From Octopus sinensis (Eukaryota), in NCBI RefSeq assembly GCF_006345805.1, contig NC_043005.1, positions 95,294,001 to 95,358,000 of the forward strand: DNA of 64,000 bases, in the 5' to 3' direction. The notes below the pieces were generated by a model. It did no database searches. It worked only from the letters and a program-made list of their open reading frames with translations, and was not told the origin of the DNA. Within the stretch, counting starts at the first letter, position 1. Each line of letters starts with the position of its first letter. Position numbers and translations under genes: made by a program. This document shows, in pieces, positions 1-12,179 of the stretch.

Positions 1-2568
1 TTGGGTGATGCATCCTAGATCCTGTCATTATTTTTCTTGTTTTCCTTTCTATTTTGGTCAGTTCATTTAGTGTCCAGTTAAGGATATTGTAGCTGTAACT
101 TATAACTGGGACAGCTAAGGTATTAATACCTATTATCTTGTTTTTAGCATTGAGCTCTGTTTTTAGTATTGATCTAACTCGTCTATAATATTCTTTTTTA
201 ATTTTCTCTTTCATTTGTGTGTGTTGTGTCTTATCTAGTTCATGGATTCCTAAGTATTTGTAAGTTTGGCTTTGGTCTAGTTCTTTTATTTCATTGGTTT
301 TATCTAGTGTGATGTTGCTACTCTTAACTAGTTTTTCTCTTTTCAGGGTTACTTTGGCGCATTTTTCTAATCCAAATTTCATATCTATTTCTTTGGTAAA
401 TCCATGAACTGTCTTTAATAGTGTTTCCAGCTGTTTGTCATTTGCAGCGTATAGTTTTAGGTCATCCATATATAAAAGGTGGCTGATCGTTTTGCCGTAA
501 CATTTATATCCGCATCCGTTTCTATTTAGCATATCAGATAGAGGTGACAGTGCCAAGCAGAAAAGGAGTAGAGAGAGCAGCATATCAGACAGAGGTGACA
601 GTGCCAAGCAGAAAAGGAGTAGAGAGAGCGTGTCTCCCTGGAATATTCCTCTTCTAATGGGGATGGCTTTGGTTTTCATGAGTCCCTCTTTTGTTTGGAG
701 CTGTAGCACTGTTTGCCATTTATTCATAGAGTGCCCTATGAATTTTATAATTGTTGGTGCCACTTTGTTAATGGCTAGTGTTTCGAGGATCCATGTGTGG
801 GGGATGCTATCAAACGCCTTTTTGTAGTCGATCCAGGCCATACTGAGGCCTTTCTTCTTTCTATGGCTGTCTTCAGTTATGGCTTTATTAATCATTAATT
901 GATCTTTACAGCCATATGAGCCTTTGCGGCATCCTTTCTGCTCTTCTGGAAACAGGTTGTTTTCGTCCAGGTGCTTCTTCAACCTTTGCGATATTACTGC
1001 AGTAAATGCCTTGTACATTGTAGGGAGACAGGTTATTGGTCTGTAGTTTTCTGGTTTTGCTGTCTCATTTGATTAGGGAATTAAGATGGTTTTCCCCTTC
1101 GTGAGCCATTCAGGCATTGTCTCTGGCTCTGCTAGTATGTTGTTAAAGTTTTCATCCAGCTTTTTGTGCATTCCTGTTAGATATTTCAACCAGAAGTTGG
1201 GGATCTTGTCATGCCCAGGTGCCTTCCAGTTGTTTAGTCTTTGCGGTGCCTGGGTAACCTCTTCAGTTGTTATGGGGGTCCAAAGTTTCTCAGATGCTGA
1301 GTTTGTTGTTTTAATACTCCTTTTCTTTGGTTGTTCGTTCGCCGACCATATTTCTCTCCAGAATTCTTCCACTTCTTCTGCCGTTGGTGCTGCAGTGATT
1401 TCTATTTTATTTTTGCCAAGTTCTTGGTAGAACTTTTTGGGGTTGGAGTTGAACTTTTTGTTTTGTTCAAAGAAGCGCTGGCGTTCATCGTACCGGCGGA
1501 TCCTTTGTGCTTTGGCAAGGACATCTTGCTTCAACTTTTCTTTTATCTCAGGTAAGTCTTTTTCTGTGATGTTATATTTGCGGAGTATTTTCGTTTTCTT
1601 CTTGTTGCTCAGTAGCGTCGATTGTCTACTGATTTCATTAAGAATCGACAGATCTTTTCTCATTTTTTTGTATTTTGTTTTGGATGTTATTTATCCACAG
1701 GGTTTTTTTGGGTGGTGGTACTCCTGTTTGGATGGGTTTGAGTGAGTATCCAGCTTCTTTTGTTGCTGCAGTGGCTGCTGCGTATACTGAGTCATTTAGT
1801 TCAGTGATATCGCTTTTTGTTTCAGTGGTTATTAGTTCCGTGACGGCTAGGTTTATGCTGTTTATAATTGGTGTTGTTTCGTCTATTTTGATTTTTGGGA
1901 GGTATGGTCGGTGGTCCATTTTGAGCTCTGTGGTTTTCAGTTCTTTGATTATTTTACTTTTTATATTATCATAATCATTAGGCTCCCCTTCGTTGTTTCC
2001 AGGTTTTAGATTTGTGTCGCTTTCTTTCTTATTTATATGTTTGTTTGCCGTGTTTTGGCTTGCTGTTTGTCGTGTATTATTATGCATCCTTACGGTCTGG
2101 GTTTGTTGTTTTTTATTTACATCGTGTTTGTTGGGACTGTTACGTTTGTCTTCGTGTTTTACTGTTTCAGTGTTTATATTATTGGGCATTGTTGTGTGGC
2201 TTCTATCTACATTTTCCTGGTGTATTTTTTCTTTTGTTGTGAAGTATGCGTGTAGGATAGAAATGTATTCCTCACGGTCCATTTATGTCTTTTGGGTTTT
2301 ATTTGCGGGACATGAGGAACAACGTCCGGCCCATTATTTGACGGTCGTCATTTTCGTAGGGTACCGGTCCGTTCATTTCTGTTGTCACATTGTTTTGCAC
2401 GTGTAGTTTTTCGTACATTTTGTGTTGTAAGTTTAAAGTACGTACTTCCCGATTGTTATTCTTGGGCTGAATAATATCGGTGGTATTTAATTTCTTCGTA
2501 GTTTTTTTGTACATGGTGTTTGGGGTCGGGGATGATCTGGTGTTGATGGATCGTAATGTATCACGCAT
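1..2568 (-). pseudogene. Disrupted single ORF (N-terminal region plus RT) of the R4/Dong element
   Basis: ORF-track pieces 2299-2568, 1638-2282 and 1073-1663 join through frameshifts. There is a premature TAA at 1073-1075 and a frameshift near 650. YMDD lies near 459-470. Confidence 0.85.
529..629. repeat. 51-bp tandem duplication inside the RT domain
   Basis: gcatatcaga(t/c)agaggtgacagtgccaagcagaaaaggagtagagagagc starts at 529 and again at 580; it duplicates LSLLLFCLALSPLSDML in frame. Confidence 0.95.
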
Positions 2569-2788
2569 GTTTACATGTGTTGTGTTAGAGGTGGAGATGA
2601 TATCGAGTTAAAATACATAATTTCGTTTCGAAAATAGTAATAAATTTCAATGAGCATTACTTACTCGGATATAGTCCAATCCTTTGTTAGTAAATTGTTG
2701 GCTCCATACGATGTCTTTGTTTTCGATGTTTGTGGATAGATTTCGGAGCTCTGTTTTATCGTTCTTACATCTTAAACGTCCCCCGGTG

Positions 2789-2800
2789 TTATTATTATTA

Positions 2801-2852
<52 letters not shown>

Positions 2853-2861
2853 GATTATTAT
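2789..2861. repeat. (TTA)n microsatellite at the R4 5' junction
   Basis: Directly visible. Confidence 0.95.
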
Positions 2862-3138
2862 AATTACTAGTGCATCCGATTGTCCGAGAATTGGTAAAGT
2901 ATTAGACAAAATGTTTGTATGGCATTTAATTGAGTCCGTTTGCATTTCAGGTCGAATCTCACAAAAGTCAACTTTGCGTTTAATCTTTTCGGGTTTGATA
3001 AAATAAAGTGCTGGTCAAAAGTTTGGTTCGACGTAGGCAGCTACACATTACCACGAACCTTGTACCCGTGTTCGAAATCCTTACTGCGTTCATTTAATGA
3101 ATTGGCAGAATCAACAGAGCGTCAGACTAAATACTTCA

Positions 3139-3565
3139 GGCGTAGGAGTGGCTGCAGGCACAGGAGTGGCTGTGTGGTAAGTAGCTTGCTTACCAACCAC
3201 ATGGTCCGGGTTCAGTCCCACTGTGTGGCACCTTGGGAAAGTGTCTTCTACTATAGCCTCGGGCCGATCAAAGCCCTGTGAGTGGATTTGGCAGACGGAA
3301 ACTGAAAGAAGCCCATCGTATATATTTATATATATATATATATGTATGTGTGTGTATATGTTTGTGTCTGTGTTTGTCCCTCCAACATCGCTTGACAACC
3401 GATGCTAGTGTGCTTACGTCCCCGTAACTTAGAGGTACGGCAAAAGAGACCAATAGAATAAGTACTAGGCTTACAAAGAATAAGTCCTGGGGTCGATTTC
3501 CTTGACTAAAATAGGTGGTGCTCCAGCATGGCCACAGTCAAATGACTGACACAAGTAAAAGAGTA
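3139..3565 (+). mobile_element. tRNA-derived SINE family A (CORE-like; possibly related to octopus OR-type SINEs)
   Basis: Head ggcgtaggagtggctgtgtggtaag...gggttcagtccc, CORE-like ccttgggaaagtgtcttctactatag, internal TA/TG tract and tail gacacaagtaaaagag. Many other copies occur in the window. Family name is not verified. Confidence 0.8.
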
Positions 3566-4719
3566 TTTAGTTGCTGCTCTTTACATGCTGAGTTCAAATC
3601 CTACTTTGTCTTTGATCCTTCTAGGAGTGATTCAAATATTATACCAGTCAAGAACTGGAATCGATTTAAACGACTGACCTGTTCTTCTAAAATTGCTGGC
3701 CTTGTACCTAAATTAAGACCCAATTTTGCTTTTCAGGGTAAATAAAGTACCCATTAATCACTGGCATTAATGGTGTCGCCCAGCCGTCTCCTCTCAGAAT
3801 TGCTGACCTTCTGCCCACACTGGAAACAACTATTACCATTATTGCTAGTGCCGACGCGGATCTTAAATTTCTTCCAACCATTTGATTTTTTTTTAAATTT
3901 TCACCAGATTATTTTCCAAAAATGTAACTTTGATGCAGCTTTTCACGCAGGTGACGAAAATCGCATTCATTTTCTAGAAATTGATAATACAGAAGTTACT
4001 AGTATTTAAAGTTATGTCATTTTAGCCAATCGACAGCGTCTCTTGCCAACATATCGTAGGTCAGTATCAGTATACAAAACTACATCAGAACAAAATTTGG
4101 AGGGAATAATCTAGGGAATAATTTGGTAGTTGGAAGAAATTTAACAAAATCCGCCGCTGTTGTAACTGCGAGTACTTTGTTGTTTGTCGTTGTTCTTGTT
4201 CTTGTTGCTTATCTTATAATCATCTCATTGTATGTGCTGCACTTACGAAAGTTTCACAAATTAGCAACGTGAAGAGAAAGAAAAACAAACAAAAATAAAA
4301 AGAGAAATGCTAACAACCCCTTCCCGCTCCCGAGAAATCTAAAATGTTGAAAACAGGATAAATAGTTATAAGAGTTTTAAAGATAAAATGAAAAGGCTCG
4401 CAAACGGTGACCTTAGTTGTAAAAAAATCAGCAGAGAGCATCATCTCAAGTTGAACTCCAATCTCCACCCACGTATAGTGATGTGACCCAGTTTCAACTA
4501 AGTACGGAGATATGTTACAGATTACACTTTCATCCTATTTTAGAAAAAATCTAGATTCATTCAGAATAAACAACGTTGTTCGTGTAAGGGGCGGACGTTG
4601 ACAAAATTCACGACAGAGGAACACACACACACACACACACGGATATGTACAATATTATGTACAGTATATATAAGAATGTCTATGGTTCACAAATATCTAC
4701 CCATCTGTTTCAATCTCTT

Positions 4720-4757
4720 TGTCTGTCTATCTATCAGTCTATCTGTCTGTTTGTCTG

Positions 4758-4819
<62 letters not shown>

Positions 4820-4905
4820 CATCTATCTATCTGTCTGTCTATCCGTCTGTCTGTCTATCCGTCTGTCTGTCTATCCGTCTGTCTATCTGTTTGTCTATCT
4901 GTCTG

Positions 4906-4973
<68 letters not shown>
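4720..4973. repeat. Compound (TATC/TGTC)n tract, 5' flank of Tx1 copy 1
   Basis: Directly visible. Confidence 0.95.
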
Positions 4974-7202
4974 AGGAACGAAGGTGTTGGAGCCGCGAGA
5001 GAGGCCCGGGTGGCAGAGGCGCAACAGGGCAACAAAGCCACCATTCGGTCCTTGGTAGATGAACAGGGGCGCGAATTGCTCGAGCCAAGTAAAATGTGTG
5101 AGGCCTTTCAGCAGCATTTTGCCCGACTGTTCGGGACGAGTGGAGGGCAAGAACGTAGGGTGGACTTCAGTGCCTACCTACATAGCCTACCACGACTCTC
5201 GACAAGAAAGGCAGGGTGCTGCGAAGGTGCCATCACGGCGGCGGAAGTGCAGGACGCGATGGCAGAATGCTCGAGGGACAAATCACCGGGTTTGGATGGT
5301 CTACCCTACGAGCTTTACAATTGTATGCCAGACTTGTTTGGAGATCTCTTGGCGGCGGTGTACTGCAACTGACAGCAAAACGGGAGCATTCCTGGTTTTG
5401 TGAGCCGAGGAGCCGTAACACTGCTGAAGAAAGATCTAAACAAGGGAAATGTAATAGATAACTTTAGGCCCATCACTCTGCTTAATGCAGACTTGAAAAT
5501 TTTGGCCAAGGTGCTAGCCAAGAGGTTGGCGCTTGTCATCGAGAAACTGGTCGACAAGGCGCAAACATGCGCCGTGCCGGGCCGGACCATCCATGACAAC
5601 TTCCACCTGATGCGCTACATCATAGACAGGGTAGTTAACGAACCTGGCATGGGTGGGGCGCTGATCAATTTGGATCAATCGAAAGCTTTCGATAGGGTAG
5701 ACCATCGGTACTTGGAGGCGGTCCTCAGAGCGACTGGCTTCGGTCCCGTCTTCCGCGGCTGGATAGCCGCTTTGTACAGAGGCATCCGTTCGGTAATTCG
5801 CATGAATGGACATCTATCGAGACCCTTCGACATCGCACGTTCGGTCCGTCAGGGATGCCCCCTCTCGTCGCTTCTATACGTATTGACTCTCGAGCCATTA
5901 TTGCGGAAGCTGGCAACTTTGAGGGGCATCCCACGAGAACTGGGATGCGGGACGAGCGTGTCTGCATACGCGGACGACGTCATCGTCATAGTGTCAAGCC
6001 ACGAGCACATCGAGCAGGTCGGCGAGACACTGAAAAACTATGAAGCGGTGACAGGAGCGAAAATCCACCGGGAAAAGTCAGTGGGCTTGCGACTAGGCAC
6101 CTGGAGAAGCAAGCCCATGCCGTCCACCAGCGCCTCCGTCGTGGGACGTTGGACCGACGGCCCGGTTGAGTTGCTCGGGGTCTGGTTTGGTCCGGACCTC
6201 CAAGTGGAGAAGAACTGGAACGAGATAACGAGTAGGGTGGTCACTCTCGCCCGGCAATGGGCCGAGAGGAAACTGTCCCTAAAAGGTCGGGCGGAGGTGG
6301 CGAACACGTACATCGCGTCCGTCATCTACTACCGCCTGACCGTCGTACCTTGTCCCGACCCTACCATCACCAAACTACAACGCATTCTCTTTCGCTTCTT
6401 GTGGAAAGGATGCGTCCCGATGGTCAGGCGATCCATTTGCTGTCAACACCCGTTAAAAGGAGGGCTGGGCATGCCGTGGTTGATGATGCGCAGACACGCG
6501 CTGAGACTGCGACATCTCTGGCTCTATGTAGACGACGGTGAACAGGTGTGGTCGCCGTTTGTGAGGCACGCTTTCCCGCAGCTCGTCTCCATGACCGAAC
6601 TGCAGTCGTGGATCAAAAAGAGGCCGAGGATGGGCGAATGGCACCGCGAGTGTCGCGTTGCTCTCAAGCAACTCTGCCGTCCTGGGTCGACCTTGAGTGA
6701 CTTCAACACAACCAAAGCATTCTATAGGGGATTAGTGGAGGGGAGGTACGACGACGAGCTCGGGGCGAACCTGAACGTCGACGGGGAGTACCTGACCCGC
6801 CTGTTCAGGACGACTTTCGGGCCAGTGCCCATGGACAACTTCCAGAGATCCGTGGCCTGGCAGTGCTACCGAGAAGCGCTACCCGTTCGGGATAAGCTCT
6901 ACAGACACGGCTCGAGAAACACGGGGCCGACCTGCCCGAGATGCGGTCAGAGCGACGAAACCGTTCTGCACGCACTCGTGCAGTGTCCAACAATTTCCGA
7001 CCTGTGGTCTTATGTCGAACAACTGCTGTCACGTGTGGGACGAGTCGGTTTATCAGCTGAGTCTATCGTCAATATTGTCACGCCTCCTTCCTTCAAACGG
7101 GAAGGAAGAGCTATTTTCATAATCCTTGTGGCTATGGCGAAAGAATGTATCTGGTGGACGCGCCTGAAAGGATTGGAGACAAACACTTTCCTCTCTGGTT
7201 AA
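4974..7202 (+). pseudogene. ORF2 (RT plus C-terminal CCHC region) of Tx1 copy 1
   Basis: Frame is open except for TGA at 5370-5372 (W in copy 2). The endonuclease is missing and the C-terminus is cut by a short deletion relative to copy 2. Confidence 0.85.
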
Positions 7203-7763
7203 AGAGGAAAGTGAAAGTAGAGAGGCAAGTTTTGTCTAGCGAATGTTTTAAAAAAAGATGGGTGAATGTAGCAAGGATGGCACGTATGAATGACGAAGCC
7301 ACCTTGAGCATAATCCTATGAACCCAGAAATTGAAAACAGAGGGTTACCCACTTGCAAACAAATGTGGTAACATATAACAATATTGACCAAGGTTACCGT
7401 GGTCTTTTTCGTAGGCTTTTCTTCCCACGGATAAACCTTACTTGCTTTCCCCTTTACACCATATATCATAACACTGTGATACACGATTCCTATTGATCGT
7501 TCTTTTTTTTCCACTTCCCCTTTTTTCCCCTTTTTTCATTTCTTTTCTCTTGTTCCTTTTCCTTTTCCTTATTTTTTTTTCTTTACTCTTTTTATTTTTT
7601 ATTTTATTATTATTTTTTTTGTTCTTTTCTTCCCTTTTACGATCCCTCTTGATCGAAAACCTCCGCCACCTCCTTTTTTTTGTTTTCTTCATCCCCCAAA
7701 AGAAAAGCTCTACCTTGTAACTTGTCCCATCTGTGTGCAGCCCTGTGTGGCCAATAAAGAAAC

Positions 7764-7764
<1 letters not shown>
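4974..7764 (+). mobile_element. Tx1-clade LINE copy 1, 5'-truncated
   Basis: Has an RT with [44 protein letters not shown] and YADD (5967-5978), plus a C-terminal CPRC...ETVLHALVQC zinc-binding motif. A T-rich 3' UTR ends gccctgtgtggccaataaagaaact and is followed by (TATC)n. Confidence 0.9.
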
Positions 7765-7803
<39 letters not shown>

Positions 7804-7810
7804 TTATCTA
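7765..7810. repeat. (TATC)n, 3' flank of Tx1 copy 1
   Basis: Directly visible. Confidence 0.95.
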
Positions 7811-7978
7811 TACATACATACATACATGCATGCATACATACACATATACATATATACATACACACATAGGCACATATAAACGCGCGCGCGTTTATATGTG
7901 CACACACACACACACCCCCATTCGACTAATAACCCCAAAATGTGTGGCCATTTGCCTATACTAGAAATATCAATTATC

Positions 7979-8052
7979 GTTGCTGCTGCTGTGGCTGCTG
8001 CTGCTGTGGCTGCTGCTGCTGTGGCTGCTGCTGCTGTGGCTGCTGCTGCTGC
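7979..8052. repeat. 15-bp (GCT)4GTG tandem array
   Basis: gctgctgctgctgtg repeated about four times. Confidence 0.9.
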
Positions 8053-8262
8053 TTTGATGGTGTTCCACTGCTGCTGTTATTGTTGCCATCTTATCATCTC
8101 ATTAACTCTCATTATGCATGCTACATTCGTTGAAAGTTTCATATATAATGGCAATTAAGAAAAACGAAAACAAAAACAACGAAACAAATAATAACACTCG
8201 CGCATACGTACATACATAAACACACATGCACAAACACAGATAGACAGACAAGCAGAAATAGA

Positions 8263-8494
<232 letters not shown>

Positions 8495-8843
8495 ATACCT
8501 AGGTATGATAAACTGCATCCAGTAGAGGGGTCCTGGTACGGAAGTCACCAGTGTTTTAAGGAGTGTGGAACCACCTCTTAGCCACTATTATTCACAGGTC
8601 TACTCTGACCCGGAGCAGTAGCACCTGCCAGGGCCCCCACCTGTAGGTTAATTAGCATGTGAACTATGTGAACCACTGGGAACGACGGAGCCTAGTTCTC
8701 GTTAGAACTTTCTTCTAGGAGAACTTGTGAAAAAAAAACCTGTGGGTTGTAGTTGATTTCTGGTCATCTCAGCGTCTGTTGTGCCATGGGCTTTACAGCT
8801 GATGCCGCTGAGAAGTGGGCTTAATGCTGTGCAACACTTTATC

Positions 8844-9073
8844 CTCTTTTACTCTTTTATTTGTTTCAGTCATTTGACTGTGGCTATGCTGGAGCACCGC
8901 ATTTTTAGTCGAGCAAATCGACCCCAGGACTTATTCTCTGTAAGCCTAGTACTTATTCTATCGGTTTCCTTTTGCCGAACCGCTAGATTACGGGGACATA
9001 AACACACCACCATCGGTTGTCAAGCGATGTTGGAGGGACAAACACAGCCACGCAAACATACATACACACACAC

Positions 9074-9156
<83 letters not shown>

Positions 9157-9322
9157 TACGACGGGCTTCTTTCAGTTTCCGTCTACCAAATCCACTCACA
9201 AGGCTTTGGTCGACCCGAGACTATAGTAAAAGACCACTTGCCCAAGGTGCCACGCTGTGGAACTGAACCCGAAACCATGTGGTTCGTAAGCAAGCTACTT
9301 ACCACACAGCCACTCCTACGCC
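8844..9322 (-). mobile_element. SINE family A, full-length
   Basis: Reverse complement of the 3139-3565 sequence from head to tail. Confidence 0.85.
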
Positions 9323-9975
9323 ACTCCACTCAAAAAAAAATTCACACGGAGGAATTTCTTGAACTCTTAAAGGCGGTGAACTACAGAATCGTTAGCAGGT
9401 CGTAGAAAATGCTTAGACCTTGCCTTTCAACCTTTCGGGATCGATAAAATAAGTACTAATTAAGCATTGAGGTCGAAGCAAGGACGTACGTTTCCCTTCA
9501 AAACTGCTGGCCTTTTTACTATTACAAAGAAATATTATTGCCTTGTTTTGAATCAGGTGAGGCTAGACATACGAGATGATAGGGAAGCTGTTTATGTTTA
9601 TCAATGATTAATCATGTAACTAACGAACACTTAACATTAGATGCTTATGAATTATGGACATTAGTCCATCCTCTTCGTTCGTTGCATGTTGCTATTCATT
9701 GAGTTTCGTTTAAAATAAACACGAGATACCACTTTTTGCAAAATGGATTTTCTTTTGCATAGAAATAAAGTCACTACAATTTATCCCCCCAAAATTGTAC
9801 GTATAGAGTGAATTCGCAATCTACTAATTGCAGTTTATTGATAGGGAAAAAACTCATATCGTGAGAGGACTGGGAACTTGTTAGCTGGGGTGAGAGAATA
9901 ATTAGTCCATCACCTAGGAGTATGGATAGTAAATGAGATGTTTTTTCCTTATTAAAACTATGAAATGATGAATAC

Positions 9976-10386
9976 GCAGGAAAGGCTGTGTGGTAAGTAG
10001 CTTGCTAACCAACCACATGGTTCCGGGTTCAGTCCCACTGCGTGGCATCTTGGGCAAGTGTCTTCTGCTATAGCCCCGGGCCGACCAATGCCTTGTGAGT
10101 GGATTTGGTAGACGAAACTGAAAGAAGCCTGTCGTATATATGTATATATATATATAAGTGTGTGTGTATATGTTTGTGTGTCTCTGTTTGTCCCCCTAGC
10201 ATTGCTTGACAACCGATGCTAGTGTGTTTACGTCCCCGTCACTTAGCGGTTCGGCAAAAGAGAACGATAGAATAAGTACTGGGCTTACAAAGAATAAGTC
10301 CCGGGGTCGATTTGCTCGACTGAAGGCGGTGCTCCAGCATGGCCGCAGTCAAATGACTGAAACAAGTAAAAGAGTAAAAGAGAGTA
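9976..10386 (+). mobile_element. SINE family A
   Basis: Same head, CORE-like segment and aaagag tail. Confidence 0.85.
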
Positions 10387-10536
10387 TACAAATTGTTCTC
10401 TATGGAAAGGGAAATAATTACAACATAGTTGCGTTACAGTATAAAATTATGTTAATAATGTTCAGTTATTTTATTGTATCCCAGGAAAGTTATCGTGCCA
10501 AATATATACACACTCACTGGTTCTATTTCACTTCTT

Positions 10537-10560
10537 TTATTATTATTATTATTATTATTA

Positions 10561-10617
<57 letters not shown>

Positions 10618-10618
10618 G
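10537..10618. repeat. (ATT)n microsatellite
   Basis: Directly visible. Confidence 0.95.
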
Positions 10619-10889
10619 TATTAACAACAACAACAATAACAATAATAAATTAGTTAACATTTAACCACTTAACTAATCAATTGGTTGACAGCCATATCTG
10701 TCAAAGTTTGTAAAACGATTAATCAAACAATCAGCTAGTTAACTGGTTAACTAGTTGACTAATAATAATAAAAGAAGTGATATTGAACCTGTGCGTGTGT
10801 CGTTATTGTTGGTATAATGACCCTTCCAAGACACGACAAGATTTATTTCAACACACAAATTCACAAACCAAATACAAAAACCAAGTACG

Positions 10890-11368
10890 TTTGTTACTAG
10901 TTGTGTACTTCTGTATGAAATCTTATATTACTCTATGAAAATATGTATTACAATATGATGTGTGTTATTTTATCAAGTTATGCACTAACGTATGGAGTAA
11001 TGTGTCATTGTATGAAATTATTTATTATTGTATGACACTGTCCAGCACTGTATGAAGTGATGTATTACAATATAAAACTATGTGCTCCTGTACGAAATTA
11101 CACTATGGATGTAGTAGCTAAGTGTTACCGTGTCAGCTTGGATGTGATAGAAAAGTAGTGTGCGTTAGTATAGAATGTTTTGTCCAACAGTAAATGACTG
11201 TGTGTTACTGTATGGATGTTATGTATTGCACTGAGAAGTTGTGTGTCATTGCATGAAGGTGTGTCATTGTAGGATGCTGGGTGTTGTGTTTGAAGCAGGA
11301 TGCCGAACATTCTGTTACTGTATGTGTTTATATATCATGCGCATTATTGTATGAAGTGTACAGTATAG
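10890..11368. repeat. Degenerate ~20-bp minisatellite (tgtgttactgtatgaag-like)
   Basis: ctgtatgaa, ttgtatgaa and ctgtatgga recur at roughly 20-nt spacing; period estimated by eye. Confidence 0.55.
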
Positions 11369-11746
11369 GTGGAGGCGCAATGGCCCAATGGTTAGGGCAG
11401 CGGTCATAGGATCGCGGTTTCGATTCCCAGACCGGGCGTTGTGAGTGTTTATTGAGCGAAAACACCTAAAGCTCCACGAGGCTCCGGCAGGGGGTGGTGG
11501 TGATCCCTGCTGTACTCTTTCACCACAACTTTCTCTCACTCTTACTTCCTGTTTCTGTTGTACCTGTATTTCAAAGGGCCGGCCTTGCCACTCTCTGTGT
11601 CACGCTGAATATCCCCGAGAACTACGTTAAGGGTGCACGTGTCTGTGGAGTGCTCAGCCACTTACACGTTAATTTCCCGAGCAGGCTGTTCCGTTGATTC
11701 GGATCAACCGGAACCCTCATCGTCGTAACCGACGGAGTACTTCCAC
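11369..11746 (+). mobile_element. tRNA-derived SINE family C with a 9-bp TSD
   Basis: A-box-like tggcccaatgg and B-box-like ggtttcgattcc. TSD ACAGTATAG lies at 11360-11368 and 11747-11755. The 3' half matches 24236-24370 in reverse. Confidence 0.85.
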
Positions 11747-12148
11747 ACAGTATAGTTATATATTACCGCATGTATTAGCGTGTAATACACGATGTAATTA
11801 TGCAGTCGTGTTTTACTGTAGGTATTTTCATATTACAGCATGAAGCTATACAATACAATATTGTTGTTGTTGTTGTCGTCGTTGTTTAAGCTTCAGTCAT
11901 CCTTATCGGGCAGACTGTTGCAATAAAAAAAAAAAGTCAAAGGTAAAAATGCTTGTTCGAAAATCTCTCTAAGAGATCAACACAGTAGTTGTATTAACAA
12001 GTAATATTCAAAGCCCGTATTCATTCGTTACTTTTTTCGGACCTAGAATTCAATGTGTTCTTCGTTTTTATTTTAAGTCAATAGGACGCTTATATGAGAG
12101 AAGGAGAGCGAGAGAGACAGAGAGAGACAGGCAGAGACAGAGAGAAAG

Positions 12149-12179
<31 letters not shown>

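Larger units (their letters stand above)
1..2788 (-). mobile_element. R4/Dong-clade (RLE-type) non-LTR retrotransposon, 5' part; decayed, runs off the window start
   Basis: Manual minus-strand translation across frameshifts gives KRHKWT/REEYISILHAY, NWKAPGHDKIPNFWLK, NYRPITCLPTMYK, AWIDYKKAFDSIPH, GIFQGDTLS and LLYMDDLKLYA. The 5' end at 2788 abuts (AAT)n on the element strand. Confidence 0.9.

Noticed and set aside
7898-8158. ORF with AAAAV repeats
   Set aside because: The pattern comes from a (GCT)4GTG array between microsatellites; there is no recognisable domain or exon structure.
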